Part shown: positions 13,983-24,950 of the stretch, in pieces
How the letters are laid out: every line of letters begins with the position of its first letter
Position numbering within the stretch: the stretch's first letter is position 1
NCBI GenBank assembly: GCA_010015805.1
Contig: ML978125.1
Span: forward strand, 62,001-126,000
Direction of reading: 5' to 3'
Length of the DNA stretch: 64,000 nucleotides
DNA from: Rhizodiscina lignyota
Lineage: Eukaryota
The notes under the pieces: model-generated
What the model was told of the DNA's origin: nothing
What the model saw: only the letters and a program-made list of their open reading frames with translations
Database searches by the model: none
Program-made: the position numbers and the translations under genes

Positions 13983-15893
13983 GCATGTTCACTTAAATGA
14001 GAGTGAACGCTTTGCATAGGTGCTTTCGGCGAACGATACCTTCACGGCAAGCATTTGCATAGGCGCGGGAGGACCCTTCGGGGCCCATTTTGGATTATCA
14101 AACCATGGCTTGGGAGTTTTTGCTCTTTTTTCTTCTTAAACTTTGATATCTCTTGCATCGCTATACACCCGAAAACCCAGATAGTAATATGACAAAACGG
14201 AGTTGGTCAAAATACATTCTCTTCAATCTTGCAATTTTTTGATTTGTGAGTGGCGCTGCTTGAATTTCTCCAAGTCCTTTGAAATTTCAGCAATCAAACT
14301 TGAAACTGCCTACGATCAGTTGATTCAATAAAGTCAGGAGCTTCCGCATAGAGCTCGAGGTGGCGTTACGAGGCATGCGAACTACTTGGCCGTCGTCGAC
14401 TTGAGAAGTATTAATTGGATAATGCATCTCTGTGCAGAGTGGCGATTTATATGCACAGTAAGGCGTCAGCTACCATCCTCCGGCACCGGCTGGACTGCAC
14501 CTTCTAAGTGAACTAATGAGTGTATTATCGACGAACGATATGGTTACATATCATCTCCAAAGTATGCAATCGGCTTCCTTTATGCAATATCACCGACTCC
14601 TGAGCATGCATCGACAAGTTGCCTTGTATAATAAGGAAGCTGAAGTTTAGTGTAGTTATGAGGAGGCTGGGAGCGCCGATAAAACGCAAGACTGACGCGC
14701 CATCCTAATCCAAATTAGTCCTAGGGCGTAGCCTCTTGGTCTTCAACTTTGTCACTCGAGATGCATCCCATAAAGCACTCAGCCTTTCTGATCCTCGAGC
14801 GATAGTTTAAATATATCACACGTGTTCAACTTCTGCTCTCGTTTCAATTGCCAACGCTTTCAACTCCCAATGCGTCTGTCCGGTCGGCATACCGAAGGCC
14901 TGCGACAAAAAGCGCCGAGAGGACTCGACGCCCGACATGGCGCTTATCGTCCACGAGGCTGCATCTTTCACAGTCGTATCTTTATAGAGTATCAATTATT
15001 CGATGCAGTTTTCTGCAAGCCGTCGATTATCGGAGCCATCTTCCTGCACGCAACGCGGGAAGATGAGGTTGTCTCCAACGCAGTGGAAGGCTGTTGAACA
15101 TCTTCACTGGCTCTGACAGATGGCAGACGCCCTTTAGAGCCCGTTTTTGGCCACAGACATTGCAGCTTCACGATCCTTCCTCCATGTTTTGCTCAGCTGA
15201 ATATATGAGTCACGCTTGTCCCGCCCGTTGCTCCCGTCTTCCCAATAATGACCTCGCTCTAATGCAGCTCTCACATCCTTCCTGCGCATTATCACACGCC
15301 TCTCATTCATTTTTTCACTTACAATGCTACCCTTCAGCCTCTAGGCTGTAACTGGGAGGACTGTAATGGCCTTATATTTACTTGATGCTTCTCTTCCTTT
15401 CCCAGTACTGCTATGTCTGATTCCTTTGGCTGTCCAGTGCTATTTTCTCTCCTCTGCTCACCCCTGTTTTTTGAACTACTACACAATACAAGTCGATTCA
15501 GCTCTTACGCTTTCTCAAGAAAATGCATCGGGATGTTAAACAGGCTGTTGGCCCGCGGAATGGCAGCCGGAGGGAGGTTGGGAGAAATACGACAACAAAG
15601 AGAAGATACGCCAGGACCATCCCACAATCACAGCGTAACAGACAAATTGGCACAGGGTCAACACGGGTACCTTCAGCGGGCTGGAGATTTGCATCGGCGG
15701 TGATGACGACTGGGGCCCATGGATATTGTGGGCTCGATTTGCAAAACACTATCCATTACTCTAATTTCAATCCCTTTCTTTAGGACTTGACCTACATTTC
15801 AGACACAGGACAAATCCGCTCATGATTTTTTCGCTGAGCTAATAAATGCGAAATGTACAAGAGTACAAAAGCGCTACAACGGCATGCCACAAG

Positions 15894-17715
15894 CTAAGCT
15901 GGAGCCGCACTATCACGACGCTCCTTTCGCTCGTTGAAACGAAGCTTCAACGGGGCCAACCCAAGCGTGAAGTGATCTCTCGTCTTATACAAAAGATCTC
16001 TACCATCCTCGCCGGGGGCAAAATCGACGTCGAAATAGTGCAACAGCTTGGCGACGGTCGTTCGGATCTCCAACATTGCAAGCGGTCGTCCAATGCAGCC
16101 GTAAACGCCTGTTGAACAGACAAGTCAGGTGCTTGCTCGTGAGTTGAGAGATGAGTACTAACCTTGTGAGAATGGGGAAAATGCTGTTCTGTTCGTAACC
16201 ATATTAGTCTTTTCATACCAGCGCTCCGGCACAAAGCCCTGCGGATCCTTGTAGCATATGTCGCTTCGACCGATGACGTATTGGGGACAGAAGACGTCAG
16301 CATTGCCAGGGATGTGCTTGCTGCCAATCTCAATCCCCTCTGGCGGCGTGCTGCGGTTGATCGCTGATGGCACAGGAGGATGGAGCCGCAGTGTCTCAAA
16401 GATACAACCGTTGAGATAGTCATTGTTGGCGATATCGCTATTCTCCACGTTACCCTCAGAATCGGTGTACGGTTTGAGCTCTCTGCGGAGGCGTTGAACA
16501 AGACTTGGCTCCGCAGCAAGATGATAGAACAGGTGCGTGAGTGTTGCTGCAGTGGTGTCGGAGCCGGCAACGATGACCAAGCGGCTATCACCCTGGAGAT
16601 ACGTGAGCTCCAAGCCTTCTGGCTCGCGCAAGCTACCTTTCTCTTGAAAAGGTTCCAATAATGCGGATGTAATGTCGGGGATTTTGGCGCCTTTCTGTAC
16701 GGATTCAGCTCTATGGCGGATTATTAGACAGGATACTTGCCTCCATTCGCTTCTGCATCTGCTCGGAACAGTAATTGATGAATTTCCAATAGTCCTTGGC
16801 AGCTCCTGGAATCGCGACAATCACTCTAAAGACCCACGGAGGGAGCTTCGCGGCCATCGGTTCCATCCCAGCGTTTAGCAGGGCGATAGCCCAATGCTCT
16901 TCTCCCTTCTCCAACATGTCAAACGATTCTGATATACGCCGGACCCATCAGTCAAGCGTGACAATGTTGTTTCGACAAGAAAGCTCACCTCCAAAAGCTA
17001 GATCGCCCATGACGTCGTATGAGAAGTAATTAAACCAGTCAGATACGTTGACGGGTTGGACTCCGCCAAACGCTCTCAGCTGTTCTACAAGCCTGTTCTC
17101 ATACGGCTTCATGCGCTCCTCGTACCCTCGCAAGGCCTTGTCGCTAAAGGCAGGACTCCAGATCTTCCGTCGCTGGTCGTGCATGTCTCGTTTGCGAGAG
17201 GTGTGCAGGCTCGTGAGTGGATAGTCTTGGTCGTACCATGGTCCTTTGGAACACTTGGTACCAAGTCCGTAGACCTTTTGAGGGCCGTCAGGATGGATGA
17301 TGGAGAGTGTGTTCGGTCCTATTCTCAGGAACTGTCCGTACTTCTCATGCAGCTTCTCCAGCTTGTACGGCGCGTCGGCGTTGGTCGTAACTCGAGTAGG
17401 CCACCAAAAGTTTGACAAGCGAGCCATGAATGGCCCAGGGAAGTTCCGCAAGGGGTGGAAGAATGCACGGTACAGGAGTGCACTGCCATTTACGCTCAAA
17501 AGGTAGAAGAAGGATGCGGAAGAAACAACAGAGAAGGCTTGAGGGATTTCGTAACCGGCGAGGCGGGAGAGTGCAAACACAGCAGCGCCATTGAGCAACA
17601 AGAAGACTTGAAGATAGAGGACGCCGTGCATATGGTGTTCCCCTCGCTTGAAGTAGAGCAAATGAGAAAGTACGCCGATGTTGGCGGCTAAAGCATTGAT
17701 GAAGATGGACGACAT
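15894..17715 (-). CDS. Cytochrome P450 monooxygenase
   Basis: N-terminal TM and FPGP, I-helix AGSDTT, ETLRLHPP, PERW, heme motif PFSQG|VYGCIG across an intron; ORFs 16948-17904, 16711-16917, 16158-16820, 15894-16076. Confidence 0.93.
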
Positions 17716-18430
17716 GATGAACGTGGTTGTGAGGAATAGCGCTAGAGTTGTGCAAGGCGACAACTTACTTCGGCGATAGAATATATTCTTGTAGTTATTG
17801 CTCAGGATACGCCCGCACCATGTCTGCCGTCGGCTGCAGCATACCTCGAGACTGCAAGCCACTGCCATTCCGTTGATTGCGGGGAATCCGGGGCAAACCA
17901 CCATGTTTTAGCGGCCGCAGCACATTGTCCTCGGAAGCGATCCCCCAGCCCCTTTCAGAAAGGAAAGTATGTCTTCCGGTCCCGATTTGAAGCCTATTGG
18001 GCCTTTGTGTGTCCTCGGTCTCCGCCTTGTGGCTTAACTGGGCCGCGGAAACCCCACGTTCTAGCTCTTGCATGATCCATTGTGCCGAGAAAGCTACTTG
18101 CGGCGTCGTGCCAAATCGAATACTCTTTGCTTGGACGGGTTTATTGAAGATAGTAAATAATCATTGATGAAAGGTGGCTGTTGATGTGGATATAGTGTAT
18201 GTAATAAGGATTGTTGTCCATCCTTTCAAGTTCGGCCTGTAAGATTTTAGCGCCACTCACCTCTGATTGGATGACATAATCGACGAAAAAGCGTTCCTCC
18301 GATCGTGATACCAAACCACTGCGGCTCTTCTTAATCAATTGTGAAAATTAGTACGTGACCGTTTCGGATCACATGAAAATTAGCAAAAAAAAAGAAGAAA
18401 ACAGAAAATTGGCTTGTGCAATTAAAATGC

Positions 18431-18438
18431 AAAAAAAA
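18431..18438 (-). terminator. RNA polymerase III oligo-T terminator
   Basis: T8 run on the minus strand 11 nt after the discriminator A; a second T run near 18385-18393. Confidence 0.75.
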
Positions 18439-18508
18439 GAAGACTGTAATGCATCGGCCGGGAATCGAACCCGGAGCTGGCGGAGACAGATGGCAACCAC
18501 CAATTTTA

Positions 18509-18560
18509 CTAAGCAGTAGGGTTAGAATGTTGATTGGATTAAGGAAGTGGAGAGTCGTAC
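18509..18560 (-). other. Spliceosomal-type intron 2 in tRNA-Gly (52 nt, after the D-loop GG)
   Basis: GTACGA donor, TTCTAAC branch site (18527-18521), TAG acceptor 12 nt downstream. Confidence 0.85.
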
Positions 18561-18569
18561 CCATTAAAC

Positions 18570-18625
18570 CTATTTAGGAAGTTAGCATTTATTAATTTGA
18601 ATGCGGAGACTTGTGCTGCTCGTAC
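18570..18625 (-). other. Spliceosomal-type intron 1 in tRNA-Gly (56 nt, between tRNA positions 9 and 10)
   Basis: GTACGA donor, TGCTAAC branch site (18587-18581), TAG acceptor 11 nt downstream. Confidence 0.85.
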
Positions 18626-18663
18626 CACCGATGCTGGATTGTTGGAGGCTCAAACTTAAGAAT

Positions 18664-18671
18664 TATTTATA
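18664..18671 (-). promoter_or_regulatory. TATA box upstream of the tRNA gene
   Basis: TATAAATA on the minus strand at -37 to -30 relative to the mature tRNA 5' end. Confidence 0.6.
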
Positions 18672-20194
18672 ATAGGAAAACTCTTCCCACCCAACCGCGC
18701 CGATCTGCATCCTCGCTCATTTGCTTGCGTGGCACTTGGTGTGGATCGCAGCAATGGGAGTTGTCTGTAAGTTAAAAGATACTTCTTAATTATATTTATA
18801 TATGCTAATGCATTTATCGCTGTTTGTGCATCGCAGTATTTAGGAGCGTTCATCTTCTCCTTAAGTTATATTCATAATGAAAGATTCCAGGCCCTCAGAG
18901 CCGTCCCGCTACTCGTGCAAACCTCGTATGCGCAGAAGGGCGAACATGCTCCCTATAGTGCTCTAAGGCCTGTGTGGTACTCTTGAGTGACGTCTTTTTG
19001 TCTATATTGTATACAAATTGACTTGAAATGAGGCTGCAGCGTCGACTCACGCCCTTACTTCCGCGAACGACGACAACAATGCGAAACTTAACTAGCTCTA
19101 TGCACAAAAATCCTCCTCAATCCAGTGCATCCAATATCGCGTCAAGTCCGGCTCTACGACCTCGAAGCCTTTCGTCGGACGGGCAAAAACGTGTCAATGC
19201 CTTTCTTATCAGACGCGAGGTCATGGGAGGGCCAACGAGATACGAGGCAGCCAGCTGTGGAACATACCAGTTACCAAACTTCTGCCAACGGTAAACGATC
19301 CGACCTCGAGCGGGAGCTCCGTTAGTATGATTTGACTAGACATAATGCTCTTCCTCCACCACGGTCGAAACGCACACAGCAGCAGCACATACGATTACCA
19401 ACTCCCCCGAACAGCTCGAAGGCAGGCCGCTCGAAGCAGCATTCACCCACATCTCTCACGACAGAGGCCGGGCCTTCTCGAATGGTATGTTCTACCCAAC
19501 TGCTAGGCTCGGAATTAGATAAAGCCGCTCATCCTCACACTTATCCCTATGGTCATCCTCACGCACGTCCATCAAGAGCTACGAGCCATATCCAGGCGCT
19601 GAGAGACCGTACACCGCTATCAGAAACGGCATGACCAGGACAAGAAGCAAGAGCTTCCGGATACAATGTAAGCTCTACTCTTGAACAACTCTAGGTGAAT
19701 CTCGAAAACATTCAATGGTAGTTACAGACGAACAAAGAGAATATATTCCTAATGCGGACTCGCTGGCAGGCTGGGCTCATAGCTATCAACGAAGAAGTCA
19801 AAGCTTTAGAACGAGTATCACGATCGTTGGTAAACAGTGAGGTTTCGATGTACCTGGTAAGAAAGCTCGTCAATGGAAAGATGCGAAGGGTTCCAGGGGC
19901 GAGAGGGTAGCGGACTCTGCACCTGATGATATGTCGGGGAATTCAGGTGAAGGAGTTCCAGAAAAAGTAGAGAGCCGCTCGCCGGCCGAAACATGCCTTG
20001 ACAAATCGCCTCATGTTCGTCACAAGGGATATCAGGGAGAAGGATCGGCTTAGTATGGGACGAAATATATTCACTCTCTACCATCTCAGTAATGCATTGT
20101 AAATTTCTTGAGTCGGTGAAATTACTCGTAGCAAAGTTTTTGAAAGCTACTAAGGCCTAGCTCATTTGCAATTTGAAGTAGCAAACCATACCAA

Positions 20195-20300
20195 TGCAAG
20201 CCGTCATGCAAGCCGTCATGCAAACCGCCATCTAACCCGTCATGCAAATCGTCCCCCAACCCGCCAATAGCCCGCCATGCAACCCGCCAATAGCCACGCA
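20195..20300. repeat. Degenerate ~12-bp tandem repeat
   Basis: gcaagccgtcat gcaagccgtcat gcaaaccgccat ctaacccgtcat gcaaatcgtccc caacccgccaat..., directly 3' of the 20310 ORF stop. Confidence 0.75.
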
Positions 20301-20309
20301 GGAACTGCA

Positions 20310-21164
20310 TCAGTTGAAATCATCCTGTAGGATGGAAAGGACCACGGGTATGTTCGCTAGGTCAACGTATATTCCTTCATTACGCTCTTGATCAACAAAG
20401 GTAACGCGAATGTCCATGGCACCCTCTGCTTTCGCCTGGTTCATGCTCTGGACTACTTCGAGTAGTGTAGCGAGGGCCCGATCTTGATCATTGAGCGTAT
20501 TCGGAGTCCAGGTGTCACCAGCACGAACATGACGATGCGCGTCTAAGTAGGCCGCATGAGACACGTTTACTGTCAATTCCCTTAGTCTTGAAAATTCCGA
20601 GAGGCGACGTATTGCCAGGTTTGGGTTATCTATGACAGTAATGCCTGTTCGATCTCGAATGCCAGAACGGCTCATCATGTCGTCCACCCCGATGTCGTAT
20701 GCTCTAGTCCTGGAGGCATTCTGTGTGGCAGCCCAACCACCCCGTGCGGAACTCCAGTTATTCTGTAGCACCAGTGTAATGTTAACACGCCGGATGCAAT
20801 TCTTGAGTTCTGAGCTCAACGCCGCACAGCCAAGCACGAGATGACCTAGAGTGACGAACTCGAAGTCTTTGTAGGCGCCAAAGGCATACAGGCCACGTTC
20901 TATGAACTTCTTGGAAGCGAAACTCGGGTTGTGAAGATAGAAAGGCGTAATTTTGACTCCCACAGCATTACTGAAAGTACGGCTTGCGAGGTCGAAAGCG
21001 ACCCGTTTTAGTAGTGGCCGAACGGGATTTTCGTCATCCAGGAACACGTATTTGAAGATTTCATCCCACAGCTCTGGGGGTAGTTGATCAACTGCGCGAG
21101 AGCGCATGTATCTCCGGAGCCAGTTCCGAATGTACTGAGTCGGGGCCGTTGGAATCCGGCCCAA
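20310..21164 (-). CDS. Hypothetical protein with N-terminal F-box-like motif
   Basis: 284-codon ORF; DQLPPELWDEIFKYVF resembles an F-box helix; LSEFSRLRELTV later. Start uncertain (first ATG near 21108). Confidence 0.55.
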   Translation of the reverse strand: MGRIPTAPTQYIRNWLRRYMRSRAVDQLPPELWDEIFKYVFLDDENPVRPLLKRVAFDLASRTFSNAVGVKITPFYLHNPSFASKKFIERGLYAFGAYKDFEFVTLGHLVLGCAALSSELKNCIRRVNITLVLQNNWSSARGGWAATQNASRTRAYDIGVDDMMSRSGIRDRTGITVIDNPNLAIRRLSEFSRLRELTVNVSHAAYLDAHRHVRAGDTWTPNTLNDQDRALATLLEVVQSMNQAKAEGAMDIRVTFVDQERNEGIYVDLANIPVVLSILQDDFN

Positions 21165-21292
21165 GAAGCGTGGCTTCGGGACGTCTGCTTCTAATCTTTA
21201 CACGGACAGGTTGGGTTTCTTCGAGCATGGCTGCCGTGTGAGTTGAAATGCGATGTAATTCTCGAGTGCACTTCTGTGAGTGCGGCTTACAG

Positions 21293-23947
21293 CGGCGAAT
21301 GGAGTGGTCGAACGTGCGCCTTGCGGCACCATCGGAGACGATATCCAAGCACATGCGCAAGAAGTCCGCGGACAACAGACTGGGCGGGCTAATGACAACG
21401 CTGAAAAAGCCGCCATATCTCAGGAGTCGAGCAGGCATTGCGACACTCCAGGCATCTCCATAAAGAATGACGAGGCACATGGACTTCCTTCCAACTCTGC
21501 CACTGTTGATGCACTTCGTGAGGTCGAGCCGGGCCAGAAGCGTCCGGCCACAACGCCGACGTCATTTGACTTCGCAAAATATCGTAGTATCCATCGAGAG
21601 AATCGTACGTTGAATCATGACGCATGATCGCATAAGTGCTAATTGTTCTTCAGCAAATGTTGCCCCCCTTTGTGAGGCCCCGGCCGTAGTTACCCGGCTT
21701 GCCCAGGTGCCGTCTCAGGAGGCACCACCAGATCCGCGAACTGGTATTGCCGCCCTCATACAACTAGATGCGACTCTTGTTGCGGTGGACCTCGAAGTGT
21801 GGGATGACAACCGGACTCCGCATCTAACCCACGTCCTCGAAGTCGGTTGTGTGGTATTACGCACTAAACTGATCCGGAAGGCGCCTAACGAGCGGGTCTC
21901 CAAGCTCATGGGCGAGTCCGACCGGCATCATTTCATCATAGCGGAGAATATAAATGACAAGCAAATACACGTTCCGCGAGCCATTTATGACTTTCAGCAC
22001 GGCAGATCCGAGACCTTGCCGGAGGCCGAAGTGGCCGCTAAACTTCGTCAAATCCTCTTACCAGACCGTGGACCAGTTATCCTCGTTACTCACGGTGGTA
22101 CAAACGATATCGGGTGGCTTCGAGATATGGATGTCGTCCTTCCAGCAGACATGCCCAGGCTAGACACACAAGACTTCGGAGGTAGAATCAGCTTGGAGAA
22201 CTTGTGCGAACGGCTCCAGATACCACTAGACTTTCCATACAACGCGGGCAACGATGCTTATGCAACGTTGGGAGCACTACTGGTCATGGCTGGCCGAACC
22301 GATCGCCCTTCAAGATCCATTAACGAGAAGGTCTCCTCGATGCTGCCACTCCTCAACGCGACAGCACCTCCGCCATCAGGCTCGGTTGCTAATGTGACCT
22401 CTGGCAAGGGCATGGAAAAAGCGACAGCACCTCCTCCGCCAACAGACTTGGTTGCCAACGTAACCTCTGGCAAGGGCAAGAAAAAAGCGATAGCAGGCCC
22501 CCCTGATCAGCGAAGCTCTTTCCAAGACCAATATTTGAGAGCCAGTATGGGCACGGATCCCTACTCAGCCGAGTTACTTTCCCTCCGGAGCAAACACATG
22601 TTTTTGGCCCACGCAGAGGAGACCTTTTGCCTCTTTCCTGACGGACTCATCAACATCACCAGCGTGCCAGTGTTCTGGAGAAAGGGTTTCGACAAACAGA
22701 ACGCTCCGCGGCTCTTTCCGTTGGATACGAAGGACGTCAGAGAACCACGACGGATCAGAGTGATTGGAGATACGACCCCGAATTGGAACGAACGACCAAT
22801 TGGAAGGGCATTCGCCGTCTTCGAAGCCCTCGATAAAGTCAGGGAGGGCGTAGAAATTCTAGACTTCGAGAACTTTATGGGAGCCTCCACCTATTGGATC
22901 CAATACTTTCCATGGAAGTCGGTGTTCCCCAAGCTATCCAAACTTGGGTTCTACCAGTGTCCGAGATTGGGCTTCGATATGTTCTTTGATGAAGATGTAG
23001 TTCAACGCGTCCTTGGCCTCAAGGAGGAAGGTGTTGAAGTCGATTACGACTTCCACGACTTTGCGTGCCTTGGCCAATGGACTGCAGAGCAGTCTCAAGC
23101 GCGTGTTCTCTTCGGAGTCCTTGCGAAGCATACACCACAGATCACTCAAGTACCTTGGCTACTGCAGGAAGACACGGTCTTCACTCGACACCTACAATCC
23201 ATAATGGAAGGTCAAGCTCCTCCTCTTTGCCACGCATATCCTAGGGAGACGCAGAGCAGTTTGACCGGCCAGCACATACTCTCATGGCTCCGTGATCGGA
23301 CGACGGCCGCAGACTCAAAGAACGCCGAGAATTTCAAAGTTAGCGACTTCGAGTTCGCCCAGACGCTTAGAGAAATTGGCCCATTGACGCAGAAAACGCT
23401 CCTCCAGTATGAAAAAAAAATCTTCTACTGCAATGACAAAGGGCACAAAGCCGCAATGATTGGCTTTGGTTTCTCGAAGACCAGGTTGAGGAGTAGGAAG
23501 AATGTAGAAGATTCAAAGCTCTTCGAGGATCCCAGCGAGTTCCACAGCCTGGATGACAATATGGTCTGCGCGGGTTGCGACCGTTGGCAGAGCTGCGCTG
23601 ACGCTCTTCTGGGGAACCACAGGGGCGTATGGGTTCAGAAGGCCGCGATCGTTGACGACGCCCTGAGGGAACTGGCCGACACACAGCGTCAATCGGAGTC
23701 TTCACCGGAACAACGCGTCGCCGAGCTGATCGAAATTTGCACCACGAAAGATAGTGATCTTGAGAAATTCAAGAGGCTAAAGCAGGGGCATTCCCCAGTC
23801 GAGAAGGCCAATGGCGCCCGGTACGGGCTAATCGATGCGCTGGCGATCCCGTCCGAGTCGAAAGAGGTCTGGTTGAGTAGTAAGGAATTCCATGAAGGCG
23901 CTGAGATGGAGTTGCCATCCAACTATCGCTTCATTGAAAGGAAGTAG
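21293..23947 (+). CDS. DEDD 3'-5' exonuclease (Gfd2/YDR514C/QIP-like) domain fused to a large unknown C-terminal region
   Basis: VAVDLEVW..EVG..HFII..ILVTHGGTNDIGWL..LDTQ..SLENLC..YNAGNDAYATL in a 776-codon ORF. A frame-consistent intron at 21605-21653 joins the upstream ORF 21280-21627. True start not resolved. Confidence 0.75.
22358..22495 (+). repeat. In-frame tandem duplication (63/66 bp) in the linker of the exonuclease fusion
   Basis: ATAPPPSGSVANVTSGKGMEK / ATAPPPPTDLVANVTSGKGKKK / AIAGPP. Confidence 0.85.
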
Positions 23948-24099
23948 AGAGCGGAGGTGGATGGGTTTACGGCGTGGCGGGCCTTTCCTTTCCTCCCCAA
24001 ATTTGCTGTCATTACAAATCCCCCCTCCCCGAAATTGCTTTCATCCCCCCAAAATTGCCACTTTTCCTTTACTTTACGAATGCGAGTAGTTAGCTCTAG

Positions 24100-24950
24100 C
24101 CATGCCCTCAAGGCAACCTCAATAGAACTTGCTACAGAAAATCTGCTTGCTTTAATCGCTAGAAGATATGAATTTGTGACATGAGCACGACAGGGTTTTT
24201 TGGGGACACGCGCATTCAGAGTTTATCCATAGAACTAGGCCCAGTTTGGCCAGCCCAAAGATCGTAGCTTTTGGGCTTCCTCGTTGTATCCTAAAGACGA
24301 CCGCTAGCCCTCTACGGCAAGGAGTAGATACCTCTCCATAAGGTCAATCTAGTTAATCTAACTGAGGCGTTGTTTGTAAAGGGGGAGAAAAGTACCTTCG
24401 TAGATCTATTTGGTAGTAGTAAACCCGTGCACCGATAGTCGAAGCCACGGCGTTCTTAGCGTACAACGACGAAGCCCAAAAGTTTCGGGATGCGATTTTA
24501 CGATTACCTTTTAAAAAGCTGAATCCTAATATCGCATCTAAAGCTCCTCACTAAACTATTCTAAGTAGGTAGCTAGCTAAGTAGAGTAGGCTTAGGCTGA
24601 CTTCGATATAGAAGTAATATTTAGCTTTAAATACTAAAAATATAGTATAAAGAATAGAATAAAGTATACTCTCAACAATACTAACAAAGCTGTAGCGGTG
24701 CATATAAAGCGATATTTCGGCCAGTTAAACTGGCCCCATAAGTCGAGTTCTCTTTTATACGTGACCGAGGTGCATGTGTTAGAATCTCCGATTAGGTAGT
24801 TTACACTACAACACTTCTATACTCTATATCAGTGTCGGTACCATGACAGAATGTTAGCCTCGAGCTTCAATTCTCTGGCCGAAACATATCAGAGAATATA
24901 AAAGCGATCTACAGCACTAGCGTTAAAGCCTCGCTCGTTAATCCGAGCCT
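24100..24950. mobile_element. AT/TpA-rich degenerate repeat, probably RIP-mutated transposon relic
   Basis: No long ORFs; visibly TpA/TAG-rich (e.g. 24540-24700). Confidence 0.45.

Larger units (their letters stand above)
18450..18634 (-). tRNA. tRNA-Gly(GCC) interrupted by two spliceosomal-type introns and a probable 6-nt anticodon-loop intron
   Basis: Exons 18634-18626 (GCATCGGTG), 18569-18561 (GTTTAATGG), 18508-18450. Acceptor GCATCGG/CCGATGC+A, D stem GTTT/AAAT, anticodon stem GGTGG/CCGCC, anticodon GCC at 18494-18492, T arm CCGGG-TTCGATT-CCCGG. Confidence 0.9.

Noticed and set aside
18450..18508. Truncated tRNA pseudogene or tRNA-derived SINE head
   Set aside because: The missing 5' parts are present upstream in order and perfectly complementary to the 3' acceptor strand; no SINE body follows the T run.
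18331..18564. 77-aa ORF over the tRNA as a protein-coding explanation for the introns
   Set aside because: No protein-like features, and splicing yields an exact tRNA cloverleaf with terminator rather than a sensible reading frame.
19028..19830. Small spliced gene beside the tRNA
   Set aside because: Intron-like signals exist but frames are broken by stops and no family is recognisable; not enough support to call.
20195..20300. CRISPR-like array
   Set aside because: Contiguous degenerate 12-mers without spacers in a eukaryotic context; a minisatellite.
21227..21292. ATG 21227 plus intron as the start of the exonuclease gene
   Set aside because: Intron phases with donors at 21236 or 21238 do not match the downstream frame at acceptor 21292.
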